Shown in pieces: positions 25,550-34,676 of a stretch of DNA of 55,299 nucleotides; the stretch's first letter is position 1, and each line of letters opens with the position of its first letter. The stretch is from positions 1 to 55,299 of the forward strand of contig JBFGIM010000002.1 in NCBI GenBank assembly GCA_041577695.1, in the 5' to 3' direction. Position numbers and translations under genes: made by a program. Origin of the DNA: Myxococcota bacterium (GTDB lineage Bacteria; Myxococcota_A; UBA9160; PR03). The notes under the pieces are model-generated. The model was not told where the DNA came from, did not search any database, and worked only from the letters and a program-made list of their open reading frames with translations.

Positions 25550-26962
25550 ATGGAAACCCCGCGCACCCGCTTCTCGCCCAGCCCGACCGGATTCCTCCAC
25601 ATCGGGGGCGCCCGCACCGCCCTCTACAACTGGGCCTTCTCGCGCCGCCACGACGGGCACTTCGTGCTCCGCATCGAGGACACCGATCGCGAGCGGTCCA
25701 CCCGCGAGGCCGAGGCGGCCGTGATCGAGGGCCTCCAGTGGCTGGGCATCACCTGGGACGAGGGGCCCGTCCGGCAGAGCGCGCTGGCGGACCGCCACCG
25801 GGAGGCGGTGGAACGCATGCTCTCGGCGGGCCGCGCGTACCGCTGCGTTTGCAGCGCCGAATCGCTGGAAGAGCGCCGCGCGGCCACCATCGCCCGCGGT
25901 GAGAAGTGGACCTACGACGGCCGCTGCCGCGATGCGGATCTCGGTGCCGGGTGCGGCCCCCACACGGTGCGGCTGCGCATGGCCGCGGAAGGCCGCCTCG
26001 ATTGGGACGACGGCGTCTTCGGCCCCAGCGGCCAGGAGGCCGTGGAGATCGGCGACCGCATCATCGTGCGCAGCGACGGTGCCCCACTCTATCACCTGGC
26101 GGCGGTGGTGGACGATCTCGCGATGGGCATCACCCACGTCATCCGCGGCGCCGACCACCTCAACAACACCTCGTTCCACCTGGCGCTGTACCGGGCCCTG
26201 GACGCCGAGCCTCCCCACTTCGCCCACGTGCCGCTGATCGTGGGCGCCGACGGCAAGAAGCTCTCCAAACGCCGCGATCCGGTCTCGGTGCAGCACTACC
26301 GCGACGCAGGCTTCCTGCCGGAGGCGCTGGTCAACTGGCTGGTGCGGATCGGCTGGTCGCACGGCGACGACGAGATCTTCTCGCGCGACCAGATCGCAGA
26401 GCTCTTCTCGTTGGAGGCGGTGCACCGTGCCCCGGGGCGCGCCGAGCCGGAGAAGCTGTTCTGGCTCAACCAGCACTACCTCAAGGAACGGCCCCGCGCC
26501 GAGCTGCTGGCAGCGCTGGCGCCCTTCGTGGAGGCCGATCTCGGCGGGCCGCCGGCGCATCCGGAACGACTCGAATCCGGCGTGGACCTGCTGCGCGAGC
26601 GCAGCAAGACCCTGGTCGAGATGGCCGAGCGCGGGCGCTTCCTGGCGGTGGCCGACGACGGACTCGAGTACGACGAGAAGGCCGTGGCCAAACACTGGAA
26701 GGCTGCCGCGCGTCCCCTGCTCGAGGCCCTGCGCGCCGAGCTGGCGGGGCTCGCGGCCTGGGACGAAGCCGGGCTCGAAGCGGGCTTCGAAGCCGTGCGC
26801 GAGCGGCAGGGCGTCGGCCTCGGCAAGCTTGCGCAGCCGGTGCGCGTGGCGGTCACCGGCAGCGGCGCCTCTCCGGGCATCTACGAGACCCTCGCCGTGC
26901 TGGGCCGCGACTCGACGCTGGCCCGCATCGATCGCGCACTCGAGCAGATTCCGCGCGCTTGA
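25550..26962 (+). CDS. gltX: glutamate--tRNA ligase
   Basis: RFSPSPTGFLHIGGARTALYNW (HIGH motif), LRIEDTD, KLSKR (KMSKS motif). Confidence 0.95.
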   Translation: METPRTRFSPSPTGFLHIGGARTALYNWAFSRRHDGHFVLRIEDTDRERSTREAEAAVIEGLQWLGITWDEGPVRQSALADRHREAVERMLSAGRAYRCVCSAESLEERRAATIARGEKWTYDGRCRDADLGAGCGPHTVRLRMAAEGRLDWDDGVFGPSGQEAVEIGDRIIVRSDGAPLYHLAAVVDDLAMGITHVIRGADHLNNTSFHLALYRALDAEPPHFAHVPLIVGADGKKLSKRRDPVSVQHYRDAGFLPEALVNWLVRIGWSHGDDEIFSRDQIAELFSLEAVHRAPGRAEPEKLFWLNQHYLKERPRAELLAALAPFVEADLGGPPAHPERLESGVDLLRERSKTLVEMAERGRFLAVADDGLEYDEKAVAKHWKAAARPLLEALRAELAGLAAWDEAGLEAGFEAVRERQGVGLGKLAQPVRVAVTGSGASPGIYETLAVLGRDSTLARIDRALEQIPRA

Positions 26963-26997
26963 GAAGAGTGGGCCGCTCCGTTATAGAACGGGGGCGG

Positions 26998-27071
26998 TCC
27001 CCGGTCGTCTAACGGCAGGACAACGGGTTCTGGCCCCGTCAATGGAGGTTCGAATCCTCCCCGGGGATCCA
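26998..27071 (+). tRNA. tRNA-Gln (anticodon CUG), CCA encoded
   Basis: Hand-folded cloverleaf. Acceptor TCCCCGG/CCGGGGA, D arm GTCT..GGAC, anticodon stem ACGGG/CCCGT with loop TTCTGGC, T arm GGAGG-TTCGAAT-CCTCC, discriminator T plus CCA. 74 nt. Confidence 0.9.
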
Positions 27072-27143
27072 TGAGCCGCCCCGCCCCTTCCCCCCGCGTC
27101 TGCGTCGCGACCTTCCCTACCCTAGGAAGACGGGGGGATCTTC

Positions 27144-28004
27144 ATGCTGATGGACTGGGTGCGGTTGGCGCGCCCGCGCGACTGGGCCAAGTCGGTCTTC
27201 GTGCTGCTGCCGGTGCCCTTCGCGGTGCGGGCGGGCGCGCGTCTCGAGCCGATCGAGCTGGGCCTGGGCGTGCTGGCGTTCTGCCTGACGTCCTCGGCGG
27301 TCTACGTCTTCAACGACCTGCGCGACGTCGAGGCCGATCGGGCCCATCCCCAGAAGCGCCAGCGACCGATCGCCTCGGGCGCCATCTCGCCCACCGGCGC
27401 CGGCCTCTACGCAGCCGGACTGCTGGCTGCGGGCATCGCACTGGGCTGGGCGTCGGGTCACCCGACGGTGGTGCTGCTGCTGGCACTCTACGTGGGGCTG
27501 AACCTGATCTACAGCCTGGGCGCCAAGCACCAGCCCCTGGTGGACGTCTTCCTGCTGGCCTCGGGCTTCCTGCTCCGCGTACTGGCGGGCTGCGCGCTGA
27601 TGGGCGTACCGCCGTCGAACTGGCTGCTCACCTGCACGCTGTGGGTGGCGCTCTTCCTGGCCTTCGCCAAGCGCCGCGCCGACCTCTCGCGCGGAATGGG
27701 CGCGGCCCAGCGGCCGGCACTCAAGGGCTACAGCCTCAACTTCCTCGACCACGCCATGAGCCTCTCGGCCGGAATCTGCCTGCTCTCCTACGGTCTCTAC
27801 AGCCAGGACGCGGGCATCTTCGTGCCGGGCCGCGAGCTGGCGGGCATGCCCTTCGTCGCCTTCGGTCTGCTGCACTACCTGCGGCTGGCACAGGTCGACC
27901 AGATCGAGGTGTCGCCGGTCGAGATGGCGTACGGCTCCCGCGCGCTCCAGATCTGTTCGCTCGGCTGGCTGGCGGCGACGGCCTGGAGCCTGGGCTGGTT
28001 CTGA
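27144..28004 (+). CDS. UbiA-family prenyltransferase, decaprenyl-phosphate phosphoribosyltransferase-like
   Basis: Polytopic. Motif FNDLRDVEADRAHPQKRQRPIASG (NDxxDxxxD followed by HP.K..RP.A.G), which I associate with the DPPR-synthase branch rather than UbiA/MenA proper. Confidence 0.75.
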   Translation: MLMDWVRLARPRDWAKSVFVLLPVPFAVRAGARLEPIELGLGVLAFCLTSSAVYVFNDLRDVEADRAHPQKRQRPIASGAISPTGAGLYAAGLLAAGIALGWASGHPTVVLLLALYVGLNLIYSLGAKHQPLVDVFLLASGFLLRVLAGCALMGVPPSNWLLTCTLWVALFLAFAKRRADLSRGMGAAQRPALKGYSLNFLDHAMSLSAGICLLSYGLYSQDAGIFVPGRELAGMPFVAFGLLHYLRLAQVDQIEVSPVEMAYGSRALQICSLGWLAATAWSLGWF

Positions 28005-28006
28005 CC

Positions 28007-29464
28007 GTGACGCGGCGGCGATGCAGCCCGTTCGGCGCCGGCCTGCTGACCGCGATCCTCGTTGCGGGGGGACTCGGCTGTGACTCGGCGGGCACCGGGG
28101 AAGCTCCGCCCCCGATCCTGCTGGTGGTGCTCGACACGGTGCGCGCCGACCGCACCTCCACCTACGGCTACGCCCGTCCGACCACCATCCAGCTCGACGC
28201 GGTGGCCGACGCCGGCGTCGTGTTCCGGGACGCGACGGCGCCGGCCTGCTGGACCTGGCCCAGCCACGCTTCGCTCTTCACCGGCACCCCGCCGTGGGTC
28301 CACGGCGCGCGACTGATCGGCGGCGCCGCGAGTGGTGGCGCCGGTGTCGAGGGTCTCGAGGTGAGCGCGCTGCGCCCGGAGCTGCCGACGCTGGCCGAGC
28401 GACTGCGCGCTGCTGGCTACGATACGCGCGCCGCCGTGGCCAACGAATGGCTCCGCCCCGAGCTGGGTCTGACCCGCGGCTTCGAGCGCGTGGTCCACCA
28501 CCCGGCGGATGCCGAGGTAACCCGGGTGGCCGAGGACGAGATCGTGCGCGAGCGGGCGCGGCCGCTGTTCCTGTTCGTCAACTACCTGTCCGCCCACAGC
28601 CCGTATCGCGAGGGGCCGGGTCCCTGGAGCGCGGACGGACGGCTCGACCCGCCGAGTCCCGGCCTCGAGCCCTACCTCACCGAGGACGCGCCGCGCGGCA
28701 TCAACCTGGCGCGTCGGGCCGAGGGCGACGACCGCGACGGCTACACCCGCTTCCTGGCAGGCGAGCTGCAGCTAGTACCGCGCGACCTCGAGACCCTGGG
28801 CGCGCTCTACGACGCCGGCGTGCGCGGCGCCGACTTCTCGCTGGGCCGCCTGCTGACCGCGTGGACCCGGCGCTTCCCGGACGGCGTCGTGGCGGTGACG
28901 GCTGACCACGGCGAGGCGCTGGGGGAGCACGGACAGCTCTACCACCTGGGCAGCGTCTATCCCGAGGTGCTGCGCATACCGCTGGTGCTGGCGGCGCCCG
29001 GGCGCCTGCCCGCCGGCGTCGAGGTCGCCGCGCCGGTACAGCTCCAGGACCTCTACGCGACGCTGCTGGAGCTGGCTGGCGTCGAGCGGAGCGAGGGTTC
29101 GCTGTTGCGCGCGATCGAGGCGGCCGAGGCGGGCGAAGCCTGGTCGCGCCCCGTCGCCGCGGCGGCGTGGCCGAACGCATTCTGGGCCTCGGAGCTGGGC
29201 GGGCGCTACCGCCACGCCTGGCGCCTCTACCGCGAGCCCGGCTACGCGCTGGTCTGGAGCGACGAGGGAGACGCCGAGCTCTACGACGCGCGCCTCGACC
29301 CCGGAATGCTCCGCGATCTGGCCGCCGAGCAGCCGGAGCGAACGGCCGAGCTGTTGACGCGGGCCCGCGAACACTTCGGAGAGGTGGAGACGGTGGAGCC
29401 CCAGGCGCTCGAGATCTCCGATGAGCTGCGGGAGCAGTTGAAGGCGTTGGGCTACGGGCACTAG
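28007..29464 (+). CDS. alkaline-phosphatase-superfamily (sulfatase-like) lipoprotein
   Basis: GTG at 28007, 2 nt after the ubiA-like stop. Lipobox VAGGLGC. Metal site LLVVLDTVRAD. The sulfatase signature position reads CWTWPSHASLFTG. Confidence 0.8.
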   Translation: MTRRRCSPFGAGLLTAILVAGGLGCDSAGTGEAPPPILLVVLDTVRADRTSTYGYARPTTIQLDAVADAGVVFRDATAPACWTWPSHASLFTGTPPWVHGARLIGGAASGGAGVEGLEVSALRPELPTLAERLRAAGYDTRAAVANEWLRPELGLTRGFERVVHHPADAEVTRVAEDEIVRERARPLFLFVNYLSAHSPYREGPGPWSADGRLDPPSPGLEPYLTEDAPRGINLARRAEGDDRDGYTRFLAGELQLVPRDLETLGALYDAGVRGADFSLGRLLTAWTRRFPDGVVAVTADHGEALGEHGQLYHLGSVYPEVLRIPLVLAAPGRLPAGVEVAAPVQLQDLYATLLELAGVERSEGSLLRAIEAAEAGEAWSRPVAAAAWPNAFWASELGGRYRHAWRLYREPGYALVWSDEGDAELYDARLDPGMLRDLAAEQPERTAELLTRAREHFGEVETVEPQALEISDELREQLKALGYGH

Positions 29465-29495
29465 CGCGACGGCCGACCCGGTGGAGGCGCTGGGT

Positions 29496-30362
29496 CTAGA
29501 CAGGAACGAAGCTCGCCAGGGGCACCAACAGCGCAAACAGCGCGCCGAGAGCGAGGGCCGGGCCGAAGCCGAAGGGGGCGGCGAAGTTGCGGCGGACCAG
29601 GGCCCAGATCAGACCCAGCGCCAGGCCCAGCACCGAGGCGGCGAGCAGGGTCTGGACGACCCCGGCGGGGCCCAGGAAGGCGCCGATCATGGCGAGCAGC
29701 TTCACGTCACCGAAGCCCATGCCCGGAAACCAGGTCCAGTAGTCGAGGCTGGACGGCCGCGGGAAGTCTTCGTCGCCCTCGGGCCAGTGTTCGAAGCGGC
29801 GCCCGCTTGCCGCCGAGAGCCGCGCGTGGCCGAAGCCCACGATCCACAGCAGGCCCCCCCCCAGCAGCGCGCCGAGCCCCGCCTCGAGCCAGGCCGCTCC
29901 GGCCGGGACCGAGGCGCCGAAGACGCGCAGCGCCGGCCACAGCGTGAGCCCGAGCACGAGCCCGCCCAGCGAGATCTCGTCGGGAATCAGCCGGTACTCC
30001 AGGTCGATCAGCGCGGCGGTGAGCAACGCGGCACCGAAGGCCATCCACACCGGCGCTTCGAGGGTCGGCCCGAAGCGCAGCGCGATCCAGCCGAAGAGCA
30101 GCGCCGTGGCCGCCTCCACGGCGGGGTAGCGCGCCGAGATCGCGGCACCGCAATCGGGGCAGCGCCCGCGCAGCCACAGCCAGCCCAGCACCGGCACGTT
30201 GTGCCAGGGACGGATCGGGTGCAGACACGCCGGACAGCGCGAGGCCGGCCGCAGCAGCGATTCGCCGCGGGGCCAGCGGTGCGCCACCACGTTGAGGAAG
30301 GACCCGATGATCGCGCCGAGCACGACCGCGAGAATCGCGAAGGTCCAGGGATCGATCTGCAC
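29496..30362 (-). CDS. pilD: prepilin peptidase / N-methyltransferase (A24 family)
   Basis: N-terminal CPAC...CPDC zinc motif, polytopic, GFGDVKLLAMIGAFLG catalytic motif. Confidence 0.9.
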   Translation of the reverse strand: MQIDPWTFAILAVVLGAIIGSFLNVVAHRWPRGESLLRPASRCPACLHPIRPWHNVPVLGWLWLRGRCPDCGAAISARYPAVEAATALLFGWIALRFGPTLEAPVWMAFGAALLTAALIDLEYRLIPDEISLGGLVLGLTLWPALRVFGASVPAGAAWLEAGLGALLGGGLLWIVGFGHARLSAASGRRFEHWPEGDEDFPRPSSLDYWTWFPGMGFGDVKLLAMIGAFLGPAGVVQTLLAASVLGLALGLIWALVRRNFAAPFGFGPALALGALFALLVPLASFVPV

Positions 30363-30371
30363 GGCGGCAGG

Positions 30372-31148
30372 CTAGCGGAAGTCGCGGCGCTGGAAGAGCA
30401 GCGTGGCGCCCAGGAGCAGCAGCGCGGCGTAGCCGAAGCCATAGCCCAGCGGCAGCCACAGGTCCGAGGCGGCCAGCGGCAGCTGGTGGCTCGCGTGCAG
30501 GGTGAGATCGAAGGCCTCGAGATCGGGGAGCGTGTGGTAGAGCCACTCGGTGACGCGCCGCGTTCCCTCGGAGTCGGAGTGCGCGCCCCGGGCGCGCAGG
30601 TCCCGGGTCAGGTGGCCGATCAGCCACACGCTGCCGGTGAAGAACGCCGCCAGCATCGGCGTCGAGAACGACGAGAAGAGCAGCGCCACGGCCACGACCA
30701 CCGCCACCTCGACACCGATCAGGAACATCGCGGCGGCATGGCCGGCGCCGATCGGCGCGCCGGCGCCGAAGGAGACCGCCACGAAGACCAGCGCCATGAT
30801 CCCGATCTGGAGCCAGAGGGTGAGCACCAGGCCGAGGTACTTGCCCACCAGGAACTCGCTGCGCGAGATCGGCTTCGACAGGATCGTGAAGATGGTGCGG
30901 CGGTCCACCTCGCGGTGCACCAGCCCGATCCCGACGAAGATGGCGAGCAGGACGCCGAACACGCGGATGGCGCCCAGCCCCACGTCCTGGAGGATGCGCT
31001 CGCGTTCGACGTAGGAGAGCGTCGAGAGCAGCACGCCGGTTCCGATCAGGGCCACTGCGAAGAAGAGCAGCGCGTAGAGCACGCGGTTCCGGACCGCCTC
31101 GCGCAGCGTGTTGTGGGCGATGGCGACGATGCGACGCAGCGAGTTCAC
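30372..31148 (-). CDS. pilI: ABC-2-type transporter permease (PilI-like)
   Basis: Six hydrophobic helices. The GTG start overlaps the ATPase stop. Its position between pilH-like and pilD matches Myxococcus xanthus pilG-pilH-pilI-pilD. Confidence 0.75.
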   Translation of the reverse strand: MNSLRRIVAIAHNTLREAVRNRVLYALLFFAVALIGTGVLLSTLSYVERERILQDVGLGAIRVFGVLLAIFVGIGLVHREVDRRTIFTILSKPISRSEFLVGKYLGLVLTLWLQIGIMALVFVAVSFGAGAPIGAGHAAAMFLIGVEVAVVVAVALLFSSFSTPMLAAFFTGSVWLIGHLTRDLRARGAHSDSEGTRRVTEWLYHTLPDLEAFDLTLHASHQLPLAASDLWLPLGYGFGYAALLLLGATLLFQRRDFR

Positions 31149-32083
31149 TCGGCTTTCTCCTCGATGGCGTCCAGGAAGATCGACTCGAGCGAGGCGCGAT
31201 GCGGCGTCACCGAGACCAGCTCGGCGCCCTCGGCCAGCGCTCGGCGCAGAACGTCGGCCACGTCCTTCTGGGGCAGCCGCAGCTCGACACGTTCACCGAT
31301 CCCGCGCAGCCTCGAGCCGTAGCGCGACGCCAGCTCTTCGCCCAGCTCCGCAGCGATCCCGGTCATGACCAGATCGGCCTCCTCACCCTCGTCGAGGAGC
31401 GGATGCGGGCTGCCTTCGTAGCGGATGCGGCCGTTGGCGATGATCGCGACGCGATCGCACAGCATCTCCACATCGCTCAGGATGTGGGTGCTCATGAAGA
31501 CGGTCTTGCCCTCCTCCTGGAGCTTCAGGATGAGGTCGCGGATCTCCTTGCGCCCCACCGGATCGAGACCGCTCATGGGCTCGTCGAGGAACACCACCTG
31601 CGGATCGTGCACCAGCGCCTGGGCGATCCCGACGCGCTGGAGCATGCCCTTCGAGTAGGTGCGCAGCCGCGCATCGCGAGCGTGCGCCAGTCCCACCGCT
31701 GCGAGCAGGGTGTCGATGCGCCCTTCGCGCGCGCGACCGGCCACGCCGCAGACGCGGGCGTAGAAGCGCAGGAACTCGGCGCCGGTCAGGTAGTCGTAGA
31801 AGTACGGCGCCTCGGGGAGGAAGCCCACGTGGCGCCGGAACTCGGTCTCGCGCACGTCGCGTCCCAGCACCTGGGCGGTGCCCGCGGTCGGCCGGATCAA
31901 CCCCATCAGGGTCTTCAGCGTGGTGGTCTTGCCGGCGCCGTTGGGCCCGACGAAGCCGAAGACCTCGCCGCGGCGCACCTCGAAGGACACGCCGTGCAGT
32001 ACACGCCGGGTGCGGAAGAAGCCGGGGCGGAAGTCCTTCACCAGCCCCTCGACGCGAATCACCACGTCGGGTCGATCAGCCAT
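31145..32083 (-). CDS. pilH: ABC transporter ATP-binding protein (PilH-like)
   Basis: Walker A GPNGAGKTT, signature YSKGMLQR, Walker B VVFLDEP. Confidence 0.85.
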   Translation of the reverse strand: MADRPDVVIRVEGLVKDFRPGFFRTRRVLHGVSFEVRRGEVFGFVGPNGAGKTTTLKTLMGLIRPTAGTAQVLGRDVRETEFRRHVGFLPEAPYFYDYLTGAEFLRFYARVCGVAGRAREGRIDTLLAAVGLAHARDARLRTYSKGMLQRVGIAQALVHDPQVVFLDEPMSGLDPVGRKEIRDLILKLQEEGKTVFMSTHILSDVEMLCDRVAIIANGRIRYEGSPHPLLDEGEEADLVMTGIAAELGEELASRYGSRLRGIGERVELRLPQKDVADVLRRALAEGAELVSVTPHRASLESIFLDAIEEKAE

Positions 32084-32996
32084 CGCTCTTCTCCTGCTGG
32101 GTCGCGAGCTGCTCCTGGAAGCGTTGGCGCCGCTCGCGGTCGCGCTCGTGCAGATTCAGCTGGTAGCGACGGCCGTAATAGGACGAGACGATCCGGCCCT
32201 TCTCGTCGAGCGCCCACTCCCAGCCGTGTGGCTCGGGTGGCAACGAGCGCAGCACACGCTCGGGGCCGCGTACCAGCTCGTCGAGCTCGGCGATGTCGCG
32301 ACCGTTGCGCTCTCGGAAGACGTCGCGGGCCTGGTCCAGGAAGCGGGCGCGGCGCTCGGTCTCGATCTCGTCCAACGCCTTTTCGTACTCGGCACGTGCC
32401 CACTCGTCGGGCGCGTCGCGCAGCAGCTCCTCGAGATAGGCCGCCGCGGCCTCGAGCCCGCCGCTGTGGGAGCGCAAGCGCGCCAACAGCCTGCCCAGGT
32501 ACTGGGGGGCCCCGGGCAGATCGACGGCGGGCTCGAGAACCTCGGCGGCCAGGGCCTCGTCCCCCAGATAGAAGAAATGGTTGAAGCTCAGGTAGAAGCG
32601 GTTGCGCCAATCGCGCGGGTGGTAGGCGATGCCCCGCTCCATCAGCCGGTTGCCCTGCTCCACGCGTTCGGCGCTGTCGGTCAGGAAGAGCGTGGCAAAG
32701 CGATAGGGGTGATCGACCCAGGGATCCAGCAGGGTCACCGTCTCGATCAATCGCGCGATCGAGGCGGTTTGGCGCGGCTGCACCCGCTGGTCGCGACCCA
32801 CCAGCTGGACGGCCTGGAGCCAGTGATAATCCGCCACCAGGGCGTCGAAGCCCAGGGCGGCCACGCGGGCCGTTTCGGGTCGCAGTGCGAACACGCCCTC
32901 GTCGGCGTCCCCGACCTCACCCGACTTCGGGTGGGCCCAGGCCACCAGGGCCAGCCCGATCACTGCAACGCAGATGCGGATGCTCAGCGAGCGCAA
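32076..32996 (-). CDS. pilG: secreted helical-repeat protein, PilG-like by position
   Basis: TTG start. Signal-like N-terminus LRSLSIRICVAVIGLALVAWA. It overlaps pilH-like by 8 nt. The assignment is by synteny only. Confidence 0.5.
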   Translation of the reverse strand: MRSLSIRICVAVIGLALVAWAHPKSGEVGDADEGVFALRPETARVAALGFDALVADYHWLQAVQLVGRDQRVQPRQTASIARLIETVTLLDPWVDHPYRFATLFLTDSAERVEQGNRLMERGIAYHPRDWRNRFYLSFNHFFYLGDEALAAEVLEPAVDLPGAPQYLGRLLARLRSHSGGLEAAAAYLEELLRDAPDEWARAEYEKALDEIETERRARFLDQARDVFRERNGRDIAELDELVRGPERVLRSLPPEPHGWEWALDEKGRIVSSYYGRRYQLNLHERDRERRQRFQEQLATQQEKSDG

Positions 32997-33038
32997 GACG
33001 GCGTCCCCCCCGAAACGCAGCTCGTGCTGGAAGGAGTC

Positions 33039-33599
33039 CTAGAAGTCGTCGGCCGCCCGTTGGTGCGCGGGCGACTCGAGAATGTCCGTGCCGTCGCCCG
33101 CCGTCGGCGGCGGGTGGCCCGTGACTGCAGTCGGGCAGACGCCGCCGGCCGCATCGGGCTTCACGTAGCTCGCCACCGCGAGCATGCCGTCACCGTCGAT
33201 GTCGCCATAGGCGGAGGCGGTGAAACAGGTCGGGCACGGGCACGGGTTCAGCGACGGTCCACCGGGTGCGTTCACGTCGTAGTCGAAGTAGACCAGGCCC
33301 TCGGGGCGCCAGCCCACGGCGGAGAAGGCTGCCTCGGCCAGCGGAGTCCACGCACGGGGCGCCGCTCCAGGCGCCGGCCCCGGCATCGAGGGCGCGCCCA
33401 GATACACGCCGGATTCGGCGAAGTAGGCGTTCTCGACGCCTGCGATCGCCTTGAGATTGTAGAGCGCCTCGCTGCGCCGGGTGCGGTTCTGATAGTTGCT
33501 GTACGCGACCGTGGCGGTCGACGCGAGAATGCCGATGATCGCCACCACGATCATCAGCTCGATCAGAGTGAAGCCTGCCAGGGTTCGGTTGCGATCCAT
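33039..33599 (-). CDS. type IV pilin (second, divergent copy; 186 aa)
   Basis: ATG at 33599. Class III signal MDRNRTLAG/FTLIELMIVVAIIGILA with Gly-1, Phe+1 and Glu+5. Confidence 0.9.
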   Translation of the reverse strand: MDRNRTLAGFTLIELMIVVAIIGILASTATVAYSNYQNRTRRSEALYNLKAIAGVENAYFAESGVYLGAPSMPGPAPGAAPRAWTPLAEAAFSAVGWRPEGLVYFDYDVNAPGGPSLNPCPCPTCFTASAYGDIDGDGMLAVASYVKPDAAGGVCPTAVTGHPPPTAGDGTDILESPAHQRAADDF

Positions 33600-33646
33600 C
33601 GCTGTAAAGCCTCGGCGGTCACGGAGTATGGAAGAAGAGAGAATGC

Positions 33647-33676
33647 GGGGGGGTCGGACCCCCCGGCCCGACCCCC
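33647..33676 (-). terminator. GC-rich hairpin between the two pilin genes (possible attenuator/terminator)
   Basis: GGGGGTCGG (33649-33657) pairs with CCGACCCCC (33668-33676). An alternative GGGGGGTC/GACCCCCC pairing exists. On the minus strand it is followed by a pyrimidine-rich stretch with scattered T, not a clean T-run. Confidence 0.35.
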
Positions 33677-33693
33677 ACGCATGGGACGAATCC

Positions 33694-34299
33694 CTAGAAC
33701 ACGCTCCGTCCGGAGGTGCTGTCACAGGGACCCACGGTCTCGAACAGGTCGGTCGTGGTCGTGACCGGGTTGTACACGCCATTCGCGGTGCAGCCCAGAC
33801 TGCCGGCCACGGCGTTGGTGCCGAGCGGATCGGTGCCCTTGACGTAGCCCCACGTGTTGAAGTTCACACCGTCGGCGTCGATGTCCGACAGGGCGTCGGC
33901 GGTGTAGACCTCGAAGGTGAGCGGGTTGGCGTCCGCGTTGGCCGCGGCCACCGCGTACTGGTAGTAGACCTCGCCCTCCGGCGCGAAGCCGGTGATGCAG
34001 AAGCCGTGGGCCATGTCGACGCCACCGCAGTCGGTCAGACCCCAGTCACCCTTCGAACCGCCGGGCAGCACTGTCGGCTCGATAGCCGAGACTACGTAGG
34101 TGCTGAACTCGGCAGCATAGCCTTCCTGCGAGACGCTGATCGCCTTCAGGTTGGTCTTGCCCTCACTCGCCTTGGCGCGAAGCTGGAAGCGAATGAAGTT
34201 GGGGATGGCGATGGCCGCCAGGATGCCGATGATGGCGACGACGATCATCAGCTCGATGAGCGTGAAGCCGCCGCGCCGCTTGTGAAGTAGAGCTCTCAT
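33694..34299 (-). CDS. pilA: type IV major pilin (201 aa)
   Basis: ATG at 34299 preceded by AAGGAGA. Signal MRALLHKRRGG/FTLIELMIVVAIIGILAAIAIPNF. First gene after the sigma54 promoter. Confidence 0.9.
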   Translation of the reverse strand: MRALLHKRRGGFTLIELMIVVAIIGILAAIAIPNFIRFQLRAKASEGKTNLKAISVSQEGYAAEFSTYVVSAIEPTVLPGGSKGDWGLTDCGGVDMAHGFCITGFAPEGEVYYQYAVAAANADANPLTFEVYTADALSDIDADGVNFNTWGYVKGTDPLGTNAVAGSLGCTANGVYNPVTTTTDLFETVGPCDSTSGRSVF

Positions 34300-34438
34300 T
34301 TCTATCCGTCTCCTTGCATCGATGCTTGTGAGCGCCCTGCCGAATCCACCGAGAAGCTCCCTGCTTCCGGTCGGCGCCGACCTGGGGGGCTCCCGACAGT
34401 CGGCGTGACGCTCGTTCCCGATTCCTGGCTCTTCCATA

Positions 34439-34455
34439 AGCAACGCTCGTGCCAG
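34439..34455 (-). promoter_or_regulatory. sigma54 (-24/-12) promoter of pilA
   Basis: The minus strand reads CTGGCACGAGCGTTGCT, a perfect TGGCAC-N5-TTGC. It lies about 140 nt upstream of the pilA ATG. Confidence 0.75.
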
Positions 34456-34676
34456 GGCTCGGGGATGCTCCTCTCAGGTCGGCAGGAGCAGGAGTCAACT
34501 TGAGCGGGAGTGGGTCTATCCCCGCGCCGCTGCACCCCTCTGGCGGGCGGGGCCGCCCCCCCTCTGAGTGACGATCTGCGGCGCTCCGGGAGACGCGTTC
34601 CGTCACCGGTTCAAGCGGCGAGCGCCTGCGACCGACCCATCACCCGGGTGCATCACGTGCGCACGACGGAGGGCCA

